Of a stretch of DNA of 64,000 nucleotides, positions 18,370 through 28,786 are shown one piece after another. Under the pieces are notes generated by a model. It made no database searches and had not been told where the DNA came from. It saw only the letters and a list, made by a program, of their open reading frames with translations. The translations under genes were made by a program, and so were the position numbers. Numbering within the stretch: the stretch's first letter is position 1; each line of letters opens with the position of its first letter. The stretch covers positions 9,441-73,440 of the forward strand of contig CAXXVK010000057.1 in assembly GCA_963676915.2 (NCBI GenBank), in the 5' to 3' direction. This DNA comes from Myxococcota bacterium (GTDB lineage Bacteria; Myxococcota_A; SURF-8; G963663525).

Positions 18370-20847
18370 TTACAGGTCTTTGACCAGGCGGAAGCCGATG
18401 TTGACCGCGCAGAGGTCGCGCTTGCCGCTTCCACGGTAACAGCAGCGGCAGAACATTTCGTACATGGTCCAGGCTCCACCCCGCAAGGTGCGTTGATCCT
18501 CGCTGCCGTCCGGCGGTACGTCGTCCACCCAGTCGCGAATATTCCCCGCTACGTCGCGCACACCGTAAGGTGATACATCCGTGGGCGTAGTTCCGACGCG
18601 CTTAAGTCGCGGTTTTTCCTGGGTAAAACGCATGTTGGCGAACGAGGGATCGAAGCGGTTGCCCCAGGGATAGCGTCGGCGGTCGGCTCCGCGAGCGGCG
18701 CGCTCCCATTCGGCACTCGTCGGCAGGCGGTAGGTGATGCCGTCTTTTTCGGAACGCCAGCGAGCGTAAGCCAGAGCATCTTCGAAACTGATTCCCAACG
18801 CAGGCCAGTTCCATTCCCAGCGCTCCGCCTCGTTTTCGCCTCCCGGAAGCCCGTACTTGCCGTCCGCCTCTTTCGGCAGGTACGGCGTATTGGAGCCGTA
18901 TTCCCTCGGCACGAGGCTTTCGGCCTGTTCGGGGTCGTTCTCGGCCAGATCATTGAGAAAAGCGACGTATTCCCGCAGCGTTACCGGCACCCGGCCAATG
19001 GCGTAATCGGGCAGTTGAACCCGCTGTTCTTCGCCGCAGCCGAACGTTTCCGGGTCGCCGCCGATGATCTGCTCTCCGGCGGGAATCCAGATGAATCCGT
19101 CGCCGACTTCCTCGCGACTCTTCAGTTTCAGATGAATCGCCACACCCCGGTCCCGTTCGATCAGCACCGGATAGCGCGCCACCGAGTAGCCGGTCAGGGA
19201 AATCACCACCAGATAGCTTCCGCAGTCCAGCGTGACACCGGAAGAAAGGTTCTCCAGATCGATATCCACCGGTTTCAGTTCCATCCGGCGGCTGCTCTCG
19301 TGGTACTGGAACAGTTCGACACGCGCTTGTTCCGGCTCGAAGGTCACCGTCAGATGCCCTTTGCCGGTCAGCAGCGGCGTGAAGCGGCCTTCGTCGTACT
19401 TGGTCACCAACCCGCGCCAGTACAACTGCTGGGTGCGGTTGCGTTCCTTTTCGGCGGCCAAATATTTTTCCCAGTACAATTCAGCCAGTCGCGCTTTGGC
19501 CTGGCTATGATGCGGTTCGAGTTCGAGCGCCATCAGGAAATAGGTGATCGCTTCGTTGAATCGCTCCGCCTCATCCTGCTCGATGCTTTCCAGCGCTTCT
19601 TCCAGCAGCCAGATGTCTTTTTGCAGCAACCCGGATTCTTCTTTTCCCGAGCGGGTTTTCAGCGATTGAAGCTTTTTGCTCGTTTCTTCACGATGTTCCA
19701 CGATTTCCTGGTAGCTGAGGGTTTCCAGCTCCCCCTTTTTCACTTTTTCGTCCGCTTCCCGTCGGCGTCGTTCGAACGCCAACGTGCCTTCGAAAAAGGC
19801 GTGTACGTCGTCGGCCATGTCCTGGGCGGTATCGTAGCGTTCATCCTGGTTGTAACTCATCGCCTTGCGAACGATTTCATCCAACTCGCCGGGAATATCC
19901 AGGTGGGGCGAACGCCGGGAAGGCAGATCGATATCTCCCTGCAGCACTTCGTCGATGGCGGCGTACACATCATGCGCCTGGACGGGCGGTGTATAGGTCA
20001 GCATTTCGTACAGCAGCGCTCCAAGGCCGTAGACGTCCGTTCGGCGGTCCACGATCGAATTCAAGCCCTTTGCCTGTTCCGGGCTGAGGTAGGCGGGCGT
20101 TCCGACGATCACCCGGTCGCGCACGCCTTCGTCCCAGGTCAACTCGACCGGTCCCAGATCCGAGTTGCAGATGCGCGGAACGGCGAGCGCCAGGCCCCAG
20201 TCCACCATCAGCGCTTCCCCGTAGTCGCCGACCATCACGTTTTCGGGCTTGATATCCCGGTGCACCACGCCGCGCGCGTGGGCGTAATCGATAGCGCGGG
20301 CGATTTCCTGAAACAGCCGCAGCATACGCAAACGGTTGTATTTAATCGACAATTCCTCATCGCCCTGACGAAGTTTCGTAATGACATATTTCAGGGAATA
20401 GCCATACAGACGCTTCATGGTGAAGAAAAGCTGGCCGTCCTGGAATTTTCCCATCGAATAAATCGGCACGATGTTGGGATGTTCCAACTGGCCCGTGATC
20501 TGGATTTCCCGCAGCAGCTTGTTGACTTCGCGAACGTTGGTAGCTTTGGATTTGCGAAGCATTTTCACCGCAACGTTGCGTTGAATGGCCATGTCCTGAG
20601 CCGCGAGAATCCGGCCCATGCCGCCTTCACCGATCTTCGGTCCGAAATCCAGTCCCATCCGTATCTGGACCGGTTCATTGGCCGGAGGCGTTGGCTTGGG
20701 AGGAGGTGGTGGCGGTGGAGCCGCTGCCGGTTTTTTGGCCGATTCGCTACGGAATTCCTCCAGCGAGGAAAGGGTTTCGAGCTCGCTTAACGAAATGGAC
20801 AGGCTGTCCAGGCTGGAGAGCGTAAGAGCTGGCGATTTTTCAGTCAT
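18370..20847 (-). CDS. Ser/Thr protein kinase fused to an FGE-sulfatase (SUMF1/CLec) domain
   Basis: GEGGMG, VAVK, HRDIKPEN, DWG and GTPAYLSPEQ kinase motifs; RLPTSAEWERAARG, DVAGNIRDW and RGGAW..IGFR FGE motifs; start 20847 or 20910. Confidence 0.92.
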   Translation of the reverse strand: MTEKSPALTLSSLDSLSISLSELETLSSLEEFRSESAKKPAAAPPPPPPPKPTPPANEPVQIRMGLDFGPKIGEGGMGRILAAQDMAIQRNVAVKMLRKSKATNVREVNKLLREIQITGQLEHPNIVPIYSMGKFQDGQLFFTMKRLYGYSLKYVITKLRQGDEELSIKYNRLRMLRLFQEIARAIDYAHARGVVHRDIKPENVMVGDYGEALMVDWGLALAVPRICNSDLGPVELTWDEGVRDRVIVGTPAYLSPEQAKGLNSIVDRRTDVYGLGALLYEMLTYTPPVQAHDVYAAIDEVLQGDIDLPSRRSPHLDIPGELDEIVRKAMSYNQDERYDTAQDMADDVHAFFEGTLAFERRRREADEKVKKGELETLSYQEIVEHREETSKKLQSLKTRSGKEESGLLQKDIWLLEEALESIEQDEAERFNEAITYFLMALELEPHHSQAKARLAELYWEKYLAAEKERNRTQQLYWRGLVTKYDEGRFTPLLTGKGHLTVTFEPEQARVELFQYHESSRRMELKPVDIDLENLSSGVTLDCGSYLVVISLTGYSVARYPVLIERDRGVAIHLKLKSREEVGDGFIWIPAGEQIIGGDPETFGCGEEQRVQLPDYAIGRVPVTLREYVAFLNDLAENDPEQAESLVPREYGSNTPYLPKEADGKYGLPGGENEAERWEWNWPALGISFEDALAYARWRSEKDGITYRLPTSAEWERAARGADRRRYPWGNRFDPSFANMRFTQEKPRLKRVGTTPTDVSPYGVRDVAGNIRDWVDDVPPDGSEDQRTLRGGAWTMYEMFCRCCYRGSGKRDLCAVNIGFRLVKDL

Positions 20848-21105
20848 GAAACGTTCCGATTGTTGAATGGACCTTCGGCCCGTGATCCGGTTTGGGAATA
20901 CCCCGTACATTATCGGGAAATTAAGGATACTTTACAAGACTTACCGAAAATTGGAAACGAAAATAACCACATACCCGATTTCGAGGGTGCAAATTTTTAC
21001 GCAGGGAAACGAGAAGTCACCCTATCTTTTCCCTTGATTGTTCGTTCCGAACCCTTACATTACATGTCGATGACGTAGACCAGGAAGACGAAAGCCGTTC
21101 GGGAC

Positions 21106-23079
21106 ATGGGTGGTTCGACACCGCAGGCAAACAAAAAGTTGGGTTGGCTCTGGGTGGTAGGGCTTGCTTCGATCCTTTTGATCGGCTGGTGGTGGTTTGC
21201 TTCCGACACTCCCCGCAGCGAAGAACTCCCGAATGCCGCCGACCGAAAAGCCGTTTCCGAACGTGAACTTCAGGACGATTCCCTGTCCGACAACACAGCG
21301 CAACCTGGCGTAAAAGCGAAACAAAAAGGCACTCCCGAGTCCCCCGCGATCTTCGATGCCGCCCACGGTCTCGGTGGAATCGTAGGAGAAGTACTCGACC
21401 AGAACGACAAACCGCTGGAAGGCGTCAAGGTGACGGTCACCGCACCGGGCGACGGGGTGCCGTTTCTCGATCCGGTGTTTACTCCCGCCGAAGGCACGTT
21501 TCGTTTCGACGATCTACCCGCCGGGGAATTTTTGCTGGTCGGCGAGCATCCCTTGTATGCACGCAACCAGACCTATGCTTTCGTGATTCCCGGCACCCAG
21601 GCCGAGGCGGTGATCCGGCTGTCCAATGCGGGACGGTTGACGGTACTGGTGGTCGAAGCCGAAACCCGCGAACCGGTTACCGGGCAGCCTGTCGGCCTGC
21701 ATCCCGCCGAGATGGAGAACGCCCCCACCCAGGAGGAAATCGTTCACGATCACACCATGACCCCCTGGGCTACCGAGGAAACCGACGAGACGGGGCGAGC
21801 GGTCTTCGACGACCTTCCCGGTGGGAACTATATGATTATACTTCGGATTCCCGGCTATCGGGTGCTGGTCGATTTCCACAATCTCCCCGCCGGCGGTCAA
21901 GCCGAACATACGGTGTCGTTGGCGAAAACCGGCTTCACGCACGGTCGGGTGGTGGATACCAGCGGAACCCCTCAACCGAACGTCGAGGTCTTTTGCGAGT
22001 ACTATACCGGCTGGAACCGCTACCGGACGGTTACCGACGAACGGGGAGCGTTCCAGTTTTATGCCGCCGATGCTCGGATGATTTTGTATGCGCGGGATGG
22101 GGCGCGGGTGTCGAAGCGGGTCAAGGTGGATTGCCAATCGGACACCTGCTGGAAGGAACTCGTGCTCAGCGGCAGCACGCTGCTTCGGGTCGCAACGGTC
22201 GAGGCGGAGAGTTCCAAGCCGTTTCCCGGTGTGCAGGTATGCCTGATTTCCGAGGAAAATCAACACTCTCCGTGTTCCTACACCTTGCCTCCGGGTGGCG
22301 TCGCCACGTTCGAAGGCGTTCAGCCGGGCCGATATCGGGCGGCGGCATCGGCTCCCGGCTACCTCCAGGAAGTTTCCGATGCGTTTCGTCTCGATGCCGG
22401 TGAAACCGAGCGCACCGTCTCGCTTGGATTGGAGCCGGGCCGCTGTATCGAGGGTCGCGTGGAGGACAGCGAGGGCGAACCGGTGAGCGGCGTACGAATC
22501 AAGCTCGACTTCAAACGCGACGACATGAATATGCGCGTGGTTTCCAACAATGCTTCCGGCGGCATTCACCCCTATCACGGCAACCAGCTTCGTTCCGGTG
22601 GCCGGAATCTCTACGTACCTCCGGCACTTTCGACGCTTGCTCCCAGTGACCACAAAGGCCGATTCCGTTTCTGCGGACTGCCGGAAGGCAAGGTGACGGT
22701 CGGTGGAGAAAACGCCGTCGCGCCGCGCTATTTCAGCCCGGTGGAGACGGATATCACCGGCGGCGACGCCACGGGAATCGTGCTCAAAGCCGCCGGGGAA
22801 GTCACCATCCAGGGCCGGTTCGTCAATGCCGAGGGAGAGCCTTGCGCCTCGGGGGCGGTCTGGCTGTCCGGGATGCCCAAAGGCGTGCCGGGCGGCGGCG
22901 CGCATATCGGGAAAAACGGCACGTTCACTCTGCATGCGGCGGTGGTCGATTCCGAACTCGTATCCGGCTCCCCCGGTCGAACCATCAACGGTTCCTGCTT
23001 CGGTATCGGTCGGGGTAAAACGGAGCTGTCGCTACCCGATCCTCCTGCCGAAATCGAAGTGGAACTGACCGTCGAATAA
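21106..23079 (+). CDS. Membrane-anchored carboxypeptidase-regulatory-like (repeated beta-sandwich) protein
   Basis: N-terminal TM segment; repeats GxVxDxxGxPxxGVxV...TDxxGxFxF. Confidence 0.8.
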   Translation: MGGSTPQANKKLGWLWVVGLASILLIGWWWFASDTPRSEELPNAADRKAVSERELQDDSLSDNTAQPGVKAKQKGTPESPAIFDAAHGLGGIVGEVLDQNDKPLEGVKVTVTAPGDGVPFLDPVFTPAEGTFRFDDLPAGEFLLVGEHPLYARNQTYAFVIPGTQAEAVIRLSNAGRLTVLVVEAETREPVTGQPVGLHPAEMENAPTQEEIVHDHTMTPWATEETDETGRAVFDDLPGGNYMIILRIPGYRVLVDFHNLPAGGQAEHTVSLAKTGFTHGRVVDTSGTPQPNVEVFCEYYTGWNRYRTVTDERGAFQFYAADARMILYARDGARVSKRVKVDCQSDTCWKELVLSGSTLLRVATVEAESSKPFPGVQVCLISEENQHSPCSYTLPPGGVATFEGVQPGRYRAAASAPGYLQEVSDAFRLDAGETERTVSLGLEPGRCIEGRVEDSEGEPVSGVRIKLDFKRDDMNMRVVSNNASGGIHPYHGNQLRSGGRNLYVPPALSTLAPSDHKGRFRFCGLPEGKVTVGGENAVAPRYFSPVETDITGGDATGIVLKAAGEVTIQGRFVNAEGEPCASGAVWLSGMPKGVPGGGAHIGKNGTFTLHAAVVDSELVSGSPGRTINGSCFGIGRGKTELSLPDPPAEIEVELTVE

Positions 23080-23121
23080 TCTTCCCATGTGTTTGTTTCA
23101 AACGCTTTTTTCCGAAATCGC

Positions 23122-23275
23122 GTAGGTCGGGCAAATTTCTTGCCCGACACAGGCAATTGACAAACTCACTTCGAACAATTTTTCCGTCTGTAACGTTTTG
23201 AAATTATTGAAGCTCAAAAACGACAAAACCACTTTGTCAGCAAGCTGGGTCGGGCCAGAAATTTACCCGGCCTAC
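23122..23275. repeat. REPIN, family A, with conserved ~100-bp spacer
   Basis: GTAGGTCGGGCAAATTTCTTGCCCGAC-spacer-GTCGGGCCAGAAATTTACCCGGCCTAC; spacer matches 15336-15434 inverted. Confidence 0.85.
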
Positions 23276-23825
23276 TGGATGGTCTGCCTTTGCAACAAAT
23301 GACAAAAGTCCGATCATTGAAAACTGAATGGTATCAAACATTTTCCGAAGGGACCAAAGCACGTCGTTTCGTGTCGTATCACGCCGAATCGGAGGAGATT
23401 GCGCAAAAACGACCGGCAGACACGAATCTGTGTTTCCCCCGAAAAACGGCTGTTTTCTGTCATATATCGCAGAATCCGTCTTATATGACAGCACAATGTG
23501 CCGCACAAAGGGTGGTTTTCGAGCACAAAACGGCAGGCTTTGACGTGGTTTGACCCGCACAGACGCGACTCACCGCAAGATCGCAGGGTTTTGCGTCATC
23601 CCCTCCGATTCGACACGGTTTGACGTACCCTCAATGCGTCTCCAATCGATGCCCCAAGGCATTTCAATGGCATAAAACTTTTCATGACTCCTCGGCGGTT
23701 TTTTCCCACATGCGAGGCAAAATATGTTAGGGTTTCGAGCGTTCGTGACGTTTCGATAAGGGGACAAAGCCGTTGAGGACGAAACCGATCGAACCTTTAT
23801 CCTCCCTAAAACTGGAGAGTTTGTC

Positions 23826-24728
23826 ATGTGGGCGATGCGAGTACGAGCCATCGGATTGATGTTATTGTTGACAGCCATGTTGCGTCTGACCGGATGTGGT
23901 GGCGAGGACAGCGACCCGAACGATGGGAACGAGCCGATGGCCGAAGCGGATCGAGACGACGACGACGAAGCCTCCGACTGTATTTCGATGGGCGGCTCCC
24001 CCGACGACCTGACCGGCACCTGGGCGGTGCAATATGCGGCGGCCTTCGAAACCTGGCTGCCGACACCCTTTGCCGTTCCGGCCACCTTCGTGATTGTCTG
24101 GACCGGACGAATGGAGATGGAACAAGAGGCCGAAACCATTGAAGTTTTCAACGATCATCCTTGCGATTTGCAGGTTTTTGTTGTCGAAGATGTGGACTTC
24201 GGCATTATTTTCACCACCGCATCCATCGAGTTGATTCCATCCCATTCCTACAGCGTTTCCCGCAATGGGGATACTCTGATTTTCCCCGAAGGAATCGATC
24301 TGTACGGTGCGGATATCGACGCCTTCGACGATCCTACCACCGACGCGCTCCCCGTGGAGGACGACGACCCCCGGCTGGTGGATTTCGAATCCGACGGTCA
24401 CCCCGGTTTCACCGCCCGAATCACCGGATTGGTACCGGGTGAGGTGTACGTGTCCCTGCGCTGGATTCGACAACTGCATCCTTCCGTTGTGGATGGCGAT
24501 ACCCTGGAAGGTCCGGTGGATGCCCTGGGTACGCTGGGGACCGTCAATGCCGATCCCTGGATGCTGGACCAGGAATTGACCCTCGACGCGCTGGAGTACG
24601 AAGACACCAACCGGTTGCAGATGATCCGCATTCCCTCCGAGATGAACTGCTCGGACATCCTCGACCGGTCCGAATGCATTTTCCGCGATTTCAACCCCGT
24701 CGCCAGTGTGCCGCCGATCTCCCGATAG
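23826..24728 (+). CDS. Acidic lipoprotein of unknown function
   Basis: Lipobox LTG-C; GGAG RBS; DFESDGHPG Ca-loop-like motif. Confidence 0.75.
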   Translation: MWAMRVRAIGLMLLLTAMLRLTGCGGEDSDPNDGNEPMAEADRDDDDEASDCISMGGSPDDLTGTWAVQYAAAFETWLPTPFAVPATFVIVWTGRMEMEQEAETIEVFNDHPCDLQVFVVEDVDFGIIFTTASIELIPSHSYSVSRNGDTLIFPEGIDLYGADIDAFDDPTTDALPVEDDDPRLVDFESDGHPGFTARITGLVPGEVYVSLRWIRQLHPSVVDGDTLEGPVDALGTLGTVNADPWMLDQELTLDALEYEDTNRLQMIRIPSEMNCSDILDRSECIFRDFNPVASVPPISR

Positions 24729-24823
24729 TACCGCTTTGCACCCAGCCCAATTCTTTTATTTGGAAATTTGGAAGGAGCAGGATTGCATCCTGGTCCACAC
24801 GTTTGCATTCGTAAAAAAAGCCG

Positions 24824-25831
24824 TTACTCCTCGTCGGGAGGTTGAAGACGTCGCAGGTTCGACACGCTGACGTTCAGCATCATGGCGAAGATGGCCCCTA
24901 AAGAAATGGTCAACGCCATTTCACTGGTATGCAGCACGACGGCAATGGCCAGCGCTTTCGAAGCCTCGACACCGAAGACGCCAAGCGCCAGCACGCAGGC
25001 ATAATGAAACACGCCGAGCGCCGCTGGTGCCGCCGGTAGAGCGGAACTCAGTGCTACCACGGCATTGACCAGCAAAGCCCAGCTCAGCGAAGCCGGAAGG
25101 TCGAAAGCCTGAAACACCATCCAGTAAAACAGTCCTTCCGCCAACCAGACGGCCACGGTTGTTAGAAGCGTCCACAAAAGATCCAAAGGAGAGCGGATAA
25201 CCGCAAGCCCGCGTTCGAATTCCTCGAAGGATTTCAATAGAATAGCGTTGAATTTTTCGGGAAGCAGTCGTCCGAATTTTTCCAGAACGACCCGCGCCGC
25301 TTTGGGGAAAAACGCCACCGCCAGCAGCACACCGCCGCCAAGACCGAAGATCCAAACCGCCGTCCAGCGAATGGAGCCTAACACCTCGTTTTCCAACTCG
25401 GCCAGCGAAAGCACCACCGCCAATTGCAGCAAAACAGCCAGGCCGTCGAAGATCCGTTCCACCGCCACCACCGCCAGCGAGGAAGGATAGGGCAGACGGT
25501 CCCGCCGGGTGACGAGCCAGGCCCGGTAGAGGTCGCCCAGACGTCCGGGCAGAAGGTCGTCGAGCACCAGACCGATCACCGTATAGGGAAACAATCTTAT
25601 CGGGGACAACACCAGCGCAGGGCGCAAAGCGGCACGCCAGCGCACGGCGCGCAACAGGTGGCTGACCCCGTACAAACCGACACCCGCCAGCCACCAGGAC
25701 ACATGCATACGGCCCAGTGCTTGGAAAAACGCCTGCGGATCGATCTGGTGAACCGCCAGCCAGATACACAAGATCGTCACCGCCGCCGCCAGCAAGGTTT
25801 TCCAGTTGATCCATTTGGGTGTCGTCACCAA
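24824..25831 (-). CDS. Lysylphosphatidylglycerol synthase TM-domain / flippase-like protein (UPF0104)
   Basis: RAVRW, LPGRLGDLYR, VERIFD and PAALGVFH motifs; many TM helices. Confidence 0.88.
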   Translation of the reverse strand: MVTTPKWINWKTLLAAAVTILCIWLAVHQIDPQAFFQALGRMHVSWWLAGVGLYGVSHLLRAVRWRAALRPALVLSPIRLFPYTVIGLVLDDLLPGRLGDLYRAWLVTRRDRLPYPSSLAVVAVERIFDGLAVLLQLAVVLSLAELENEVLGSIRWTAVWIFGLGGGVLLAVAFFPKAARVVLEKFGRLLPEKFNAILLKSFEEFERGLAVIRSPLDLLWTLLTTVAVWLAEGLFYWMVFQAFDLPASLSWALLVNAVVALSSALPAAPAALGVFHYACVLALGVFGVEASKALAIAVVLHTSEMALTISLGAIFAMMLNVSVSNLRRLQPPDEE

Positions 25832-25884
25832 AAAACCTCACCGGGGCTTGGACGAAAAAGAAAGAAGGTCGGCTATATTCAGAA

Positions 25885-26018
25885 GTAGGTCGGGCAAATT
25901 TCTTGCCCGACGATACCACTTGGTTTTAGATAGGTTGTCGGGTGAAATCACCCGACCTACATCTACTAAAAACAAAGCAAAACCACACATTGTCGGATGA
26001 AATCATCCGGCAACCTAC
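25885..26018. repeat. Cluster of three family A REP hairpins
   Basis: GTAGGTCGGGCAAATTTCTTGCCCGAC; GTCGGGTGAAATCACCCGACCTAC; degenerate GTCGGATGAAATCATCCGGCAACCTAC overlapping the stop codon of the EEP gene. Confidence 0.82.
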
Positions 26019-27223
26019 TTGATTCGCCATTCGAAACGGGCCGAAACGGGCAGGTGGTCGGACAGCTCTCCCGCCTCCTGCATGACCCGACCTTCCTGCA
26101 ATTTCAATCGCGTGGAAAACCAGAGGTAATCCAGGCGACGATTGGGAGCGAACGAAGGAAACGTGAAATACCGGGCCTCATCCGCGTAATAGGCTTCCGG
26201 GGAGACGATTTCCTCCAACTCCATCATGGTGGAGATCATGAAGGTTTCGTCCTTGCGCATATCCTGGTCCGGTTCGTCTGGAAAGGCGTGCCGCAGTTTC
26301 GCTTTCGGAGGCACCGTGTTGAAATCCCCGGCGACGATATTGAGGTACCCGGCCTGTTTTCGGAAAAACTCCAGCAGCATTTCCGCATGGACCATCCGGT
26401 TGGGAACGTCGAAGGCTTCCAAATGCACGTTGAAAACGTTGACGAACGCTTTGCCGATTTTCAGCCGAGCCATCGTGGCGTGGCGATCGAGATAGAACAG
26501 GTTGTACCACCACGGGTTGGCTTTGGGTTTGGGAAAGCGGATCTGACGGGTATCTTGGACGGGATAGCGGGACAAAATCACCTGCCCGTTGTTCATCGAT
26601 CCGTAGTGATTGGAAATCGGCCAGTAAGGAAACGGAATATAACCTTTTTTCCAGGTCACCGTCGGAACCATGTACCGCAAATTCAACCCTTCGGCGAGGA
26701 GCCGCATCTGGTCGATGCCGTAGGTCCGGGACGAGTCGAAATCCACTTCCTGCAACAGCACGATGTCGGGATTGTAGCTTTTAAGAACGTCGATCATCCC
26801 TTGCAGGATGTTTTCAACCTGCTCTTTCGGTACGCGCTCCTCGAAATCGTCGTACGGTCCCACGCCGTAATGCATGTTCCAGGTGACGACTTTCAGCATC
26901 CCGTTGGGGGGAGCCGGGTCCACCTCGCCCCAGGTTCCTTCGATCACCGGAGAAGGCTGTTCGACGGCTCCGGGAAGCCCGCCCACGGCCCAGTATGCCG
27001 TGACGCCGAGCAATCCGGGCAATCCCAGCAGCGCTCCGGCCAACCAGGCTTTTCGATGCGATAACGACTTTTTTTTCGACTTCTTCGTCTCGTTCAACGC
27101 GTTTCGTCCCTTCGATCCCCAGGTTTCATGTTCTACGGATTTGATTTTTTTCGACATCCGTTCGAACCGCTTCAAACCCCTTTTTATTCCCAATACGTAG
27201 CTCGGGAGCGATCCGTTTCCCAT
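26015..27223 (-). CDS. Endonuclease/exonuclease/phosphatase family protein, membrane anchored
   Basis: TWNMHY, LQEVD, NVHL, GDFN, RLDY and SDHLPV motifs; the true start is probably downstream of 27223. Confidence 0.9.
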   Translation of the reverse strand: MGNGSLPSYVLGIKRGLKRFERMSKKIKSVEHETWGSKGRNALNETKKSKKKSLSHRKAWLAGALLGLPGLLGVTAYWAVGGLPGAVEQPSPVIEGTWGEVDPAPPNGMLKVVTWNMHYGVGPYDDFEERVPKEQVENILQGMIDVLKSYNPDIVLLQEVDFDSSRTYGIDQMRLLAEGLNLRYMVPTVTWKKGYIPFPYWPISNHYGSMNNGQVILSRYPVQDTRQIRFPKPKANPWWYNLFYLDRHATMARLKIGKAFVNVFNVHLEAFDVPNRMVHAEMLLEFFRKQAGYLNIVAGDFNTVPPKAKLRHAFPDEPDQDMRKDETFMISTMMELEEIVSPEAYYADEARYFTFPSFAPNRRLDYLWFSTRLKLQEGRVMQEAGELSDHLPVSARFEWRIK

Positions 27224-27552
27224 ACCTGTACTTTGGAGACGTAGGCACCTTCCTTGTTGATCAACGATCCCACCTCACGATAAATGAATGCCGCGAGATT
27301 CTCCGCCGTAGGTTCGATGCGATCGAACGGCGGAGTCTGGTTGAGGTCGTGATGATCGAGCAGCACCAGAACTTTTTTCAAAGCGCCATCGATTTCGTGA
27401 AAATCGATCAACATATCTCCCGGACCAAGGTTCTTTCCGGCAACGAAAACCTTTACTTTCCAGTTGTGACCATGGAGGTTCTCGCATTTGCCGTGGTAGT
27501 TTCTCAAATAATGAGCGGCGGAAAACTCGCCGATTCGGTCGATTTCATACAT
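27184..27552 (-). CDS. queD: 6-carboxytetrahydropterin synthase
   Basis: FSAAH, GKCENLHGHNW, LDH, PTAENLA and VWET motifs. Confidence 0.93.
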   Translation of the reverse strand: MYEIDRIGEFSAAHYLRNYHGKCENLHGHNWKVKVFVAGKNLGPGDMLIDFHEIDGALKKVLVLLDHHDLNQTPPFDRIEPTAENLAAFIYREVGSLINKEGAYVSKVQVWETDRSRATYWE

Positions 27553-27742
27553 CTCGAAATCCTTTTCGTAAAGTTCGTTCGACCAGAGAATAGCATGTCG
27601 GCCTTGGAGAGACAAGTTACCGGAAAGGGTAGGATTCACCACGTAGGAACAGGTCGGAACACTTGTTATCCAACCACGAAATGGTGTATTTGCGGATTCA
27701 GTGGGTATCGGAAAACAGCTTGTACGTACCTTTGAAGTCTCG

Positions 27743-28786
27743 TTAGTTGTTGCTGTCGACTTCGCCCCGTACCGTCAGGGTCGTTCCGTGGTCTACCTGA
27801 CTTTCGATCTCCAAGGTCATGCCGTGCAAGTCCGCGATTTCCTTGACGATCGCCAGCCCCAACCCCGTGCCTCCGGTTCGTTTGGAACGGCTTTTTTCCA
27901 CACGGTAAAAGCGGTCGAACAGCTGGTTTCGGTCTTCTTCCGGGATACCGATGCCGTTGTCGGCGATATCGAGACGAAAGCCTCCGTCGCCTTGTCGTAG
28001 CGATACTTTCACTTTACCGCCTTCGGGCGTGAATTTCACGGCATTGTCCAGCAGATTCACAACCATTCGTTTGAGCAGCGGTTCGTTGCCGGTCACCATC
28101 GTCTCGTCGATTCGTTCGAGATCCAATTGGATGTCACGTGATCGGGCAAACGGCATGACATCTTCGTACGAACGCATCACCGTATCATCGAAAGCCATGC
28201 CGGGATTCAGCGCCGGAACCTCTTTGGAGTCCACCTGGGCCAAAAACATCAGATTCTCGACGATCGAAGAGAGCTGCCCCACCTCTTGCAACAGGTGTTC
28301 CAGGGTATCGCGGTAGGTTTCGGGGGAACGTTCTTTTCGCAGCGCCAGTTCCAATTCTCCCCTGAGGACGGTCAACGGCGTACCCAATTCGTGGGCGACA
28401 TCCGCCGAAAACCGCCGAATGCGCTGGAACGAGTTTTCGAGGCGAGAAATCATTTCGTTGAACGTTTGTGCAAGCTCGCCGATTTCGTCACGGTCGCCCA
28501 GCGAATCGACACGCAGCGAAAGATCGTCGGCTGTGATTTTTCGGGCGGTGCGCGCCATACGCTTGACCGGTGAAAAAGCCCGGCGAATCACCCACGTACC
28601 GACAATGGACACCAGCACGATCATCGCAAGCGCCAGCAGGCTGTGCTCCCAGATCTCCTCGACCCAGGCTTCGTGGGTCATTTTACCTTTCAGTCCGACG
28701 ATATCGGTCCCGATGAAAAATATCAGCAAGGCGCTGATGGTGCCGATGTACCAGAGCGTCAGTTTTCGACGGATGGACGGGATCAT
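27743..28786 (-). CDS. Sensor histidine kinase (HAMP-HisKA-HATPase, CusS-like)
   Basis: Two TM helices, HAMP (DEIGELAQTFNEM), H box AHELGTPL, NAVKF, DNGIG, GTGLGL. Confidence 0.93.
   Translation of the reverse strand: MIPSIRRKLTLWYIGTISALLIFFIGTDIVGLKGKMTHEAWVEEIWEHSLLALAMIVLVSIVGTWVIRRAFSPVKRMARTARKITADDLSLRVDSLGDRDEIGELAQTFNEMISRLENSFQRIRRFSADVAHELGTPLTVLRGELELALRKERSPETYRDTLEHLLQEVGQLSSIVENLMFLAQVDSKEVPALNPGMAFDDTVMRSYEDVMPFARSRDIQLDLERIDETMVTGNEPLLKRMVVNLLDNAVKFTPEGGKVKVSLRQGDGGFRLDIADNGIGIPEEDRNQLFDRFYRVEKSRSKRTGGTGLGLAIVKEIADLHGMTLEIESQVDHGTTLTVRGEVDSNN

Noticed and set aside
23280-23820. Small ORFs or ncRNA in the long intergenic gap
   Set aside because: No recognisable motifs or convincing coding signal; only one modest inverted repeat (CTGTCATATA..TATATGACAG).
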